Shown here: piece by piece, positions 53,384-64,000 of the stretch
How positions within the stretch are numbered: the first letter of the stretch is position 1
Layout: every line of letters begins with the position of its first letter
From: Salisapilia sapeloensis CBS 127946
Lineage: Eukaryota; Protista; Oomycota
NCBI GenBank assembly: GCA_023334545.1
Contig: JAADVB010000065.1
Coordinates: 15,761-79,760, forward strand
Length of the DNA: 64,000 nt
Direction of reading: 5' to 3'
The notes under the pieces: generated by a model
Database searches by the model: none
Told to the model about the DNA's origin: nothing
Seen by the model: only the letters and a program-made list of their open reading frames with translations
Translations under genes and position numbers: made by a program

Positions 53384-55934
53384 ATGGAGCATTTCGACAT
53401 GTTGGTGCAAGCCCAAAGTGCACAGAATGAGTCTACGCTCCGTCAACTGTGTCTTCGTGCGCTAAATCTCTTTCAGAACCTTCCATACTCTCCCATCACA
53501 TGGCTTTACCTTGTTCTTCTTGGCGCCGTGGCTGCACTCTACGGGTACCTCCCCTTCCATCATCACTGTTACCCCAATTATATCATATTGTTGCTAGACT
53601 GCTCATTGACGAAGGCATTCGGGGTCTACTTAACATTCGAGAGTACTTATACGAAGCAGGAGGAAGTAATACTGTCATCGGCTTCATGTTCTGGGCATCC
53701 TGGTGCTCTGTGGCAGGGGTCATGTCCACTGCTTGTGGTCACTTCCTTTCTCCATCTAGTGACGGATCGGGTATCCCTATCGTTCGAGCATTGTTCGCTG
53801 GCGTCTATCAGAACCCTGCTTCTGGCGTACTGTCAATGCGGACCTTTTTGGCAAGATCGGTCGGCACGATCCTATCATCTGCCTCTGGTCTTTCAGTTGG
53901 AAAGTCGGGTCCATACACACACCTGGTGGCAACTTTCGCCTACCACCTTGGCAACACGCGCTTTTTCCGACGATCTTACTTTGGTCCGGAATCCTTTTCG
54001 CACCTGAGAGCCGCCGTTGCATGCGGTATTACTGCATGCTTTGGTTCACCATTAGGTGGAGTGTTGTACAGCATTGAGGTGACAACTAAGTACTATGAGA
54101 TCAAATGTCTATGGGAAGGCGTGATTGGTGCTGCCATTTGTATGCTCGTGTTTCGCATGACAAGCTTTCTTCATCGAGATGCCCTGTTTGAAAAGACATC
54201 TTTTGAGCGCTTCGACATGGACTGGGACATGTTTGCCTTCCTCATTCTTGGTGTACTCACTGGCGTACGCACTCTGTTGTACATAGTCGCCTCTATTATT
54301 TAATATCGTTTACATGTAGCTTACCGCGGGTCTCTTCTGCAAGGTGGCACAGATAATCCGGATCATCCAGCAGAGGTTGCTCATGAGATATCGTAGTTCA
54401 GTTCTGAGTTGGCACCGACGACTCGTTCATGTTCTCATTATCTGCATGACAACCGCTGCTCTCACTTATCCAATGAGCATCATGCGCCTGTCGAATGGAG
54501 CAATCGTGAACGAAGTCTTTCGCCGAGAGCCGTTGAGCCGGCATGAATGGACGGAGTGGACCGAGTACCCTCTGGTTGCATTGATGGTGTACACTGTTTT
54601 AAAGTTTGTGCTAAGTGTTTTGCCGTGTGGAGCCCCCATCTCACAAGGAGTCTTTGCACCGTTGTTCACGATTGGCGCTGTTATGGGCCGTCTGTATGGT
54701 GAGACGCTAATGAAGTATTGGAACCCGTCCCAGTCTCCAGCCGCCTATGCTGTCGTTGGTGCTGCTTGTTTTGCATCATCAGCAACCCAGACCGTATCCA
54801 CGTCTGTGATCTTTTTCGAGCTAACGGGCCAACTCAGCCACCTAATTCCTGTAATGCTTTCGTGCATTGTGGCCTACTTCGTTAGTGGCACAGTTGCGCC
54901 GTCGATCTATGATATTCTGGCAGAGTGGGCGGGGCTACATGCCGTCTGCTTTGACGCTAATGAGTACCTATGGATTCAACAACAGGCATTTGCTTGCATG
55001 AAAGACCCAAAAGTAGTGCTTACGCGAGAGACAACGTACGCAGAGGCATTAGTTGCGATGGTGCGTACACAAAGTTGGTAGTATCATGTACGAAACTCAT
55101 GCGAGAGTACTTGTAGGAATCGTTTCCGAAAGAAGAATATTTTCCGGTCTGCGAGAGCAAGCAGAGTGCCGTTTTGCTGGTATTTTACTTTTGCAAGAAG
55201 TCCCTAGATGTGGATAACGTCTTTTACTACGCAGGGTTCGATTCGACGTCATGACCTGCAAGTCAGTATCAATCGCTTCCGATTGACAAGCAAAAGCGAA
55301 GTAGTTTTTAGTGCTCGCTTAATGAAGCCAATTCGGTGTGCTTATGTTTTTACCCACGATAGGAGACTAGCGAAGACGCTGAAAAACCGGCAGCTAGAAA
55401 TATTTTTAAGATGATTGCAGATACTTTGTCGCTATCACGCCACAAAGGAGTTGCGCGAATCGAAGACATGTCCCTCCTCAACTCCCGTGCTGCCAAAGAG
55501 AAGTCAGATATGAATGAGGTACATCATTTAATGTTGTAGCTGAATATGTAGATATTTATCCTTTCGTAGATCTTACAATTGGGACCTCCTTTTTCGCCGT
55601 GGTCGTATACGTCAGTTCCTATCGATTCATATCCACCCCAGGTATGTTCGTTGTCTTTTTTGTCTTAGCAGTGAATTCACAGACGTGATCATAGGTTGGC
55701 GAATACGTCTCACTCAACCACGTTCGAAAGATTGCATCCATGGCAATGTGGACGGAAGTTTATGTTGTGCATCATGGCCATTTAGTTGGGACGGTCAAAT
55801 TCGATTCTACTTTACACCACGGTCGCCGATTTAGTCAAAGCTCTGAACAACCAGTAATGGTGCCGAGTGGAAAGCATATGCTTAAGCCCAAAATCGTTGA
55901 GAGTCAAGTAGCAAATGAAGGCGAGTCGTTATAA
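53384..55934 (+). CDS. CLC-family chloride channel with two CBS domains, multi-exon (5' end uncertain)
   Basis: Signatures GSGIP (53764-53778), GKSGP (53899-53913), FGSPLGGVLYSIEVT, GVFAPLFTIGA, ELTGQ, PSIYD. CBS-like segments lie in the intron-rich 3' part, ending at TAA 55934. Confidence 0.92.
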
Positions 55935-56176
55935 CTCAGAAATACACCAACTAGACGAATAGTCGACTTGACCACTTGAATAGAGTTTGTTGCCGTTAAA
56001 GGTATTTTTATCGACACAGGGAGCCAGAATCAACAACAACGCTACTCACTGAGTTAAAAAGAGACATTCGAGATTTACCTTGATTTCAGGGTGGTCACCT
56101 AAGTTGTCAAAACTCGTATTATAAGTTCATGTCTTGGGCACTGATGTTTTGGGCGTCTAATTTTTTCGTCCTATAA

Positions 56177-56212
56177 TCCATATCAGCTGCCTCCGGAGGC
56201 AGCTGATATGGA
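56177..56212. repeat. Perfect 36-bp palindrome
   Basis: TCCATATCAGCTGCCTCCGGAGGCAGCTGATATGGA equals its own reverse complement (18-bp arms, no loop). Confidence 0.97.
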
Positions 56213-56551
56213 AATCTCGGATGTTGATCATCTGAAAGGTCCAATGTTTTCTGCAGGCCGGTGAAGATGATAATGAATGCAGACTACTGATAACTTTTGC
56301 ACGATTAGGAAGCTTTGATACCCCCTATTAATACAGTTTCCCAAAGGCTTTTGATCCACTAGGACCTTCCTTCAGCGTTCATCAAATTCAAACCCTGAAT
56401 TCTATGTTACCCGCTCTGCCAACGTAGTGTAGATAAGAATAAAAATAGAATGTGTATATGCTAGAGTAACTATATTTATACGCCATGGGCGACCCATCTG
56501 CTCATCCTAGATTCGCATCATTCGTTCCCGAAGTAGCCAAGTAGAAGGCAA

Positions 56552-58393
56552 ATGCAGCGAAACGAAGTCGAAGCTTTTCTGCCCGTAGGCCTTGGCACCA
56601 CTGACCTTTGGCGTAATCTAAGTCTAGAACTTGATGGTAAAACGACGCTGGAGAAGCCTCATGTATCGAAGAAGGTGCTTATAAAAGGCATCAAGATGCA
56701 GTCGGAGGCTCTGAAATTCCTCGTGGACGAAATGGAGCGTATGCACGAAAAGATGGCCATTTTGGAGCGTGAAAGCAAGAACACACAAAAGTACGTGGAG
56801 CGCGTAAATGGAAAGCTGATCACATTGCAAGGTCAGCATGAGGAGGTGGTAATTCAAACGAACGAACTAGCTGTCACGCAAGAAGAGCAGGGTATTAAGC
56901 TGCAACAGATTGATATATTGCATGAGGCAGTCGAAGCAGCGAAGCAAGAGGTGAGAGATATGGGTCCTAGGATTGATGCTGTCCGAGATGTACACGACCA
57001 GTTTGTCTCAAAGGTAGAAGAAGACATGAATGCAATGCGTCAAGAGCAGGCTTCGACGCAAGAATTCGCCATGCAGTTAGAAGATCGCATGAATACTGAA
57101 GAAAAGGAATTATTCCTTCACTCGGACAAGATTATACACGGGAAGCTTTCTCTAGCAATGTGGATGGAGCAAGCTGATAAAGATAAGAAAAAACAGAGCG
57201 AATCACTGAAGGAGTGCATTGAGAAGATGGACAAGCAGGGAAAGAATGTCAAGAGTATGATGTTGGAAACCCGTCGGACGCTCGATGATAACACTTGTGC
57301 CGTGGAAGACGTACAGCGTGAGCTGCTGACCAAGGCTGATCGGCTAAAGATTGAAGAACTGATTGAGTCTAAGTACGAGGAGATATGTAATCAAGTGGAT
57401 AAAGCGTTGTCCTCTGTTCTGGGTGAAGAAGATGAATTTAAGCGTGTGAGTCAAGAGTTGCAGGATCTCGTCGCTAGTCTTGGCGAGAATAAGGCTGACA
57501 AGAAGGATTTGCTGGAAGTGAAGGAACAGGTCTTGTATGATTCTAGAGTGCGTCAGCAGGTCGAGAATCTGCGTTCATTCGTAGACTTGAAGATGAATCG
57601 TGACGATGTGACTGCAGCGCTTAACAGTAAAGCTGACAAAGATGAAATGCTTCGTCTGCTTAAGGAGTTGTCTCATGGGTATGTTTTCATACATTATTGA
57701 GTTGTACCGGATACCAATGCTAACGGTCATGTAAACGACAGTATGAACGCTTCGATTCAGAGAGCACAACAGATGATGGCTGAACCCGAGAATGCCTTGC
57801 TTACCGGGAAGAACGCGATTGCGAAGACAGGTAATAGCAATAATGGCCACATGTACGGTCATGGGCATTCTCACAACCACGGACATACTTCCAGTCGTGG
57901 CGGTATGCTGCCAAGTCTTGACCGAGAAAAGTGCTTATCTTGTAACTCGACCATACGTAACGATACCGCCAGTGGCTCCGGAGGCCCTGTGATGAATAAA
58001 AATCCTTTTGCAATGACACCGACTTACGGTGGCGGCTTTCCACGGTCCGGAATAACATCTTTGGACAAGCAGACGATGCGCAACCACTCTCAACAGCAAA
58101 TATCTCGCTACAGCGGTCAGCGAGAGGAAGACGGAGATCTTAGGGTGTTAGTCGAAAGCGCCAGTGATGGGTACGGTCATCAAGTCTTTTTATATTGAAG
58201 AGATATGCTAACGTGTATCATGTGCAGCTACTTGATGGGCGTTGATGGTCACATGTACCAAGCCGATGTGAAGTTGTCAGCGCTTCAGTTTAACGAGCAT
58301 ACTGCGTCTGCAAATAGCCCTAATGCGCGGGTGGTTCTGCCAGGCCACTTGCAAAGAACAAACCATTACAGCGTATACGATGAAGAAGGGTAG
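56552..58393 (+). CDS. Long coiled-coil protein with KADK repeats and C-terminal CLSC motif, 3 exons
   Basis: Heptad-rich 56552-57678 region with KADR/KADK/KMNR/KADK units. Exon 2 contains EKCLSCN and exon 3 YLMGVDGHMYQAD. GT-AG introns join the blocks in frame. Confidence 0.7.
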
Positions 58394-58404
58394 AATTACT
58401 TGTG

Positions 58405-60812
58405 TTAATACATTCCCATGTCTTCCAGAAGTACGTCTTCTCCTTCTAGCTTGACGCTGCCGGACAAGTCATCGAGTGATTGAATTTCGTCGTACTGAGT
58501 CACGTCTTCCTCCACACCCAAGGTGCTTAGGTCACCAGCTTTGTCTTGTAGCACGCGTTTCAGTCCATAGAAAAGCAGGAGAGGGATCGAGTGGCAAGTG
58601 GACGCAAGCAGGCTGATCTTACTACTGTCTTCAATCGAGTCGACGCCATTCTCGTGCTGACCTTCTGAGCCAGCATTCACTGCTTTGACGTTCATGTCGA
58701 CGCTGCAGTCCTCCGCCACTTCTGCTTCAACAACAATCGACTTTTCCTTGTCCAAGACCGTTGACGTCTTGAATGTAATCCGCTCGGGTGCCGCCACATC
58801 TACATCAAACGCCACTGTAACGCACCAGTACGATTAGTGTCAGCCAAATATTCTATTGATCAAGAAATTCATACACTTGAGCGGCGCTTCATCAGCAGTT
58901 CCGCCGTCACGACCGTAGATAGACTGCTTCATGCCAAAGACTGATAGCAGCATCGAGTGGAAGAGCAGGTTCTGGCCGCACACTTGGAACACTTCCGTCA
59001 CCGTCTCCATCGATACATTGGCAAGTGGGATCGGGAATGAATCCAGTCGCAGTGCTCCGGATGTTTCTTTCGTGGCGAGTGCAAACTCTTGACGCATTGC
59101 CCTCACCTCATTCGGCGGACTCACGACGTGACTGCTCTTGTCAGCATTGACAAAGTGCGGGTGTTGGGAGATCGGTTTCTGTCCATCCCTCGTTGTCCAG
59201 CTCACGAACTCGTTAAATGATTTGTCTTCCCCCTGGCCTCCAGATCCCTTCAATGTCGTCAGTGCTAGCTTCCGAGTCTGTGCATTGCTCATGACCAATG
59301 GCTCGGTACCGACAACGTGGAGTGCCAACTGGCCGCCCCATTCAATAAAACTGATACTACCGGACCATTTGCCTTGTAGCAAAAGAGCTGTCGAAATACT
59401 CTTATCGGCCGACTCGTCTTCCTCGGTGCCTAACATTACTCCGTCTGTGACATCTGTGGATGGTTCAGTTGTAGCAGGCGTTCTAGCCTTCTTCAAAGGT
59501 CTGTCTTCTACTGCAGGGCAACAGAGGCTATCACGGAACTCGATCGCAATGCCGTCCACAGCTCTCTTCGCCGTCCAGTATGTCTGCGTGGAAAAATGAA
59601 TCCTGTGATTGATGACTAGTCCCTCAAGAAATAGTTAGATGGTACCTGGTGCTCAAAGGCCTGTGTAATTTTGTTGTACAGATCTTCTTCAGCCTGCTCA
59701 AAGTTGGCTACCCGGCATTAGTTAGCAGGTGTAACAGATTGCGTGAAAAGATGACAGCATACTAGAAGGGTATTTAACAGCCAACTCTGCACGGTTGATC
59801 AGCCTCGTGAGTTTATCCTGCGTATACAGTCATGAGGCGTACGATAATTTATGTTGTACAAGATGGACCCACGGTGAATGAGGAGCTCTCGCCAGCGGCC
59901 AATAGACGCAACGATTGAAGGAGGTCTTGATCTCGATCTTGGAATTGCTTTGACTGGTCTAGTGCACGAACGCAATGTCAGTGAACGCAATCCATATCGC
60001 TTCTACAACGACAAAGAGTACCCTTTTCGACTGTCTGCAGAGTCGCAGACTCAACCGCTCCCTGTGTCAACCAGTCATCAGTTTCAATTGAGGCTTCTGT
60101 AGTATAAATCAGCATACCTCGCCCCCGGATAGTACGATATCCAGCACAAAAGTGTCACAGTAAATGGAAAGAGACGATGCGTCTGGCTTGAGCGTCTGCG
60201 AGTACTAAGAGTGAATATACACGATGTAATTCAATTTAAAAAGCGGATAGCACCTGGAGCTTCACGGTAGGTCGACTGAGACTGGACACGATCTTGGTGA
60301 CTTCAAAGAGCACCTTGTAAGCACCCACACGCCCTTCAAGCTCAGCACCACGCATGCCAGATTCGAGATCCAGTGCGCTTGCACTCTCCGTGAGCACTGA
60401 TCGAAGAGATGCAACATGCTCCTCACATTTGCGAACATCTTTTCCCAATTGGACGTACTGTTGATTGCGAGCGTGCCAATCCTTGTGCTTTTTTAGTGTT
60501 TCAAAAAGGTAGTTGAGACCAAACCGCCATGAATTCTTTTCGGCTTGCAATTTGGTCTTTTGTTGATCCACTAAAAGAAAAAAACAGTCAGACCATATAT
60601 AATTCTCTCTCCATTTACTTCATAAGTATGTTACGGTGCTCGTCAAAGGCTTCAGTCTCGTTGCGCAAATTGTCTGGTAGCATGCCATCCAAGCAAGATC
60701 GCAGGGAGCTAGCAACCGAGTGTAGATGAGGAGAGGCCTTGTTGGGAGCAGTTGCGTCTTCCGAAAAGACACTTCCGCCCGTTGCAGCACCAGCAGTGTT
60801 CAGCGTCGCCAT
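58405..60812 (-). CDS. MED1: Probable Mediator subunit 1 (Med1 domain only), multi-exon
   Basis: Ordered similarity, judged by eye, to the Med1 domain: LSIYCDTFVLDIVL (cf. YITSDMFYVEV), EPLVMSNAQTRKL (cf. PIPVSRAFVQKL), EVFQVCGQNLLFHSMLLSV (cf. LILNLIRHQVAYNTLIGS), FDVDVAAPERITF, LASTCHSIPLLL (cf. VVQRCMSIPVTM). Confidence 0.62.
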
Positions 60813-61175
60813 CGTCTACTTTGTCGTGCTTGGATGTGTCTGCGGTCTGCTAATTTATCCAATCATGTTACGGATACATTTTGAACGTAAATGTGACTAA
60901 TTCCTCGGTTTTAAATCATTAAACACTTTCGGATTCTAAATCTTCCAGTATACTTCTCTGTCCAGAAGTAGAGAGTTGGCGAATAGCAGGAAAGATTTTG
61001 CTGGTCACTACACACATGGCTAAGTGCTCATCCGTCAATGCCAAATCATAAAGCTCTAAAATGTAGTTTTATGCAAGCTTATGATAATATTTTAGTTTGA
61101 AGGGGGCTTCGACTACTGTGTGCATTTAAAGTTCAACGGAACAAAATATGAAACTCTCGTCGCAAAAATCTAATA

Positions 61176-61418
61176 GGGCGTGTAAAACCTGTCAAAATTG
61201 CAAAATATAATGAGTTGTCTGATTGTCAAATAATTGTCCATAACTTCTAAAATAATCGGAACTTTTATTTCGAACGCTCATGAATCAGTCAGGCTCCAAA
61301 TAGGATAAATTACCTCCGGAGGTGGTTTGTTTTATTTTAAAAATAAGATCAGTAGAGCCGAAAGATAAGAATCTTATTTTAGAAAAATAAGGCACTTTTT
61401 GCCAGGTTTGACACCCCC
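61176..61418. mobile_element. 243-bp MITE, Tc1/mariner-type (TA target-site duplication)
   Basis: Left TIR GGGCGTGTAAAACCTGTCAAAA (61176-61197) matches the reverse complement of 61397-61418 (GGGGGTGTCAAACCTGGCAAAA) at 19/22. TA flanks both ends (61174-5 and 61419-20). The interior is AT-rich and non-coding. Confidence 0.78.
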
Positions 61419-63517
61419 TAATGATCTAGAGATTCATTTATCGCGAATTTACATATTTTAATTGACTAATTCCGCGCTAACATTACATCAGTAGAGGTGC
61501 TGAAAATAAAGTTTTCGAGCGCCAATTAAAAAATTACAAGCTCATTTCTATATTTTCGTAAATAAAAAGTACATCATTTGTATAATGTTTTATTCGTGTT
61601 TGATTGCTTGCTCAAAAAACTTCGATCTTATGCATTTGAATCAAAAAAGAATAGTATATCATAATTTAATTGCAAATAACTATTTACGTCATCATGTAGT
61701 AATATGCCACTCATACTATAGAGTGTAAAACCTATTAAAATCTACCATATTTTCTTTCATGCTTTCTATTTTCGCGATTGTTCTTCTTATTTGTACATAA
61801 GCCTCATCGACTCTGGAGCAGGTTCATTCTTAAAAAAGAATAACTGAATCATGTGGATTCGGTCTGAAACCCGTCATTGTTGCGGATAGTGCTGGCTCAT
61901 ATTTTAAATATCAGACACTTCGAACTTATTTGTGATGATGTTAAGTTTAACACCTTTATTCTCACACTGTTAGAACCAATATCCAAGCAAAGTTTAGCTG
62001 TATTTCGTAGAAATCATAAAACAACACACAAGTGGAAACTAAGATTCTGTTCAAATGTTAGGATACTAAAAATAAACAAATTATTAAGCTCGTATCAAAA
62101 GTACGTCAGATATAGCGAGTAAAGTTTCAAATTATGAAGTATAACATTCAAAAAACTGTCATGACTTGGATTTATATCTTACTCTAGAATTCATCGCGGA
62201 TAAATGCTCATAAATTTATATATATGTATGTATTTGCAACGGCTAGCCATCAGCATTGATGGGGTCAAGTGTCAATTTCTGACTAAAATGTCGGCAGTCA
62301 ATAATTTGAGTGAGTATCTGATGTCTACGTTTGATTCAAAGCGTATCTGGCTACTGAAGGAGCGGCAAGTTCAGTATATGTCAGTAACAGGATGTTCAAA
62401 GTAGTGGAAGGCACGAAGTAAACTACGTCAAAATACCGTCAGCACGAGTTGGAGATTAATGTACTTGGTCTTTCTTGCATATGCTCGAAGGTGAAGTCAG
62501 CTAGGTACCGCTAAAGGGTCTGGATTCGAGTCAACAATCTCACGGGAAATAGCGTGAACAAAGTTGGAGCTACTCAGTATAGTAAATGCAGAGTGCGATC
62601 AGCATTGCTACATATACAAAACATATGATGCTCACGAGCTTATCCAAACCAGCTCTACACTATTATGAAGTTGAATTTCAGAGTACTAGCCTTAATCGGC
62701 TAAATTTCTAATCAACACCTAAAGTCAGTGGCTGCAAGGTTGGTCAGTGAGTACGAGGAGCAAGCCTGTGAAAGAGCGCTTGTACTCGACAAAAGAGGTG
62801 TATGAAAGCTTCGCCAGAATCAGGTCAACTTGCAACACAAGAATGCCAGTGGTCATTGACCCAACTTCAAGCGCGGGATGAGCTTCTGTAGTAGCTTGAT
62901 TTCGCAGTCATTCCCGATCGGATAAGAAGTACCAATAGACTCGTCGCGATTCGCTAAATCTGTCCTCAGCAGAATGCAGTGAAACTGCTGTGGGCCAATA
63001 GCTGACCATGAACAGTGAATGAAGATGACTCGCGAAGCGGGAATACCGCTACCTTCTCGTGCCTTGAAGAGGCTTCAAGACACATAAAGGGCATCCTTGA
63101 GAATGCCTTTTGCATGTAGATGTACCATCCAGATCAAGACCAATGGTGAAGCGTTGATCCAACAGTCGGATATTGACATTTTTAAAGAGTGGGACTTGAA
63201 TTTCTCTGCTTATTGTATGTTGAATATCGACTCTCTATGTGCTAGCAATTGTGCGGATGCCGATCATGCTTCTTGGAAGTTCTTCGGTTCAAAGTACATG
63301 GTAATAGACTACCATCAAGATTAGCCAACGGCGGCAGACTCAAATGGCCAATGGCTATCAGAGTATGGTCTAACAGCACAGGCTAAGTGCTCGATTGAAA
63401 TCAAATGAAATACATTAAGGCATGGTGCGAGAAAAATAAGAAAGGAGATGTGCACTGCTAAGATGAACCGACAACTAAGTCGCCACGAACAGTCAAGATA
63501 AGGGAAATAAGAGAATA

Positions 63518-63546
63518 ATGAGATGATGAGATGATGAGATGATGAG
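63518..63546. repeat. ATGAGATG tandem repeat x3.6
   Basis: Direct reading: ATGAGATG ATGAGATG ATGAGATG ATGAG. Confidence 0.85.
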
Positions 63547-64000
63547 CTAGAAGCAGACGTTGATTTTTGAAAGAGAGGAAAGAGAAAGAGGTATATAAAT
63601 AGAGAGTTCAAATCGGGATGACATGTTTTAGAGTTTACATGTCTCCGTCGGTTAAGTGGTTAATACACAAACTTCTGTTGAACCGTATACTGCAATCTAC
63701 TGGGCTGCATTATTTTGCAGGAAGCAGTGCCACTATTTCATATCGGCCGACCCCGGTCAAGAGGACAGGAAAGCACTTCATATTCGAGTGATAGAAAAGA
63801 AAGAAAGTTATTTTATTGTGTGATATGTTCGCATACCAGTTCATATTAATGCCCCAGTGTCGGTGCTAGGCGCTGTCCTTGATCTGCCATAGTACTATCA
63901 AATGGAACTATTGAACATGGTGGCCCAAGTCCAAGTCCGTCGATCTGCCAAAAAATCGTCAACTAGATGAAAAAAATGTAGACAGCACCCGGACTTCCCC

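Noticed and set aside
62522-62532. GGATTCGAGTC, resembling a tRNA B-box
   Set aside because: No cloverleaf stems, A-box spacing or acceptor stem could be built.
1-64000. CRISPR array, rRNA, prophage or intact transposase/RT gene
   Set aside because: No spaced direct-repeat array, rRNA-like sequence, or DDE/RT motifs were seen.

Overview
Gene-dense eukaryotic DNA, most likely from an oomycete. This is an inference from short (~45-70 nt) GT-AG introns, a perfect oomycete Inr/FPR core-promoter match, SHAQKY-type single-repeat Mybs and the gene repertoire. About 19 protein-coding genes can be supported: a 5'-truncated VPS13 (with C2, PDZ and PX domains), two Myb1R factors, a class-3 lipase, a PH-MIT protein, an annexin, an RNI-like LRR protein, CLPTM1, INTS9, an IQ-motif protein, USP5/13, TAF1, an RlmN-type radical-SAM methyltransferase, an ELM2-PLU1-PHD protein, a small unknown gene, an LRR-IQ protein, a WDR26/GID7-like protein, a CLC channel, a long coiled-coil protein and a probable MED1. 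AT-richer gaps lie at 14.8-16.7, 19.0-21.7, 55.9-56.5 and 60.8-64.0 kb. They contain a TA-flanked MITE, a perfect 36-bp palindrome and decayed fragments. I see no rRNA, tRNA or CRISPR array. The most notable items are a CLC channel whose gating glutamate is replaced (GKSGP), an RlmN homologue with a tail-anchor-like C-terminus, a VPS13 carrying its own PX domain and a PDZ nested in a C2 domain, and a JmjC-less ELM2-PLU1-PHD protein. All family calls come from motif recognition by eye; no database search was run. Exon boundaries are manual predictions.
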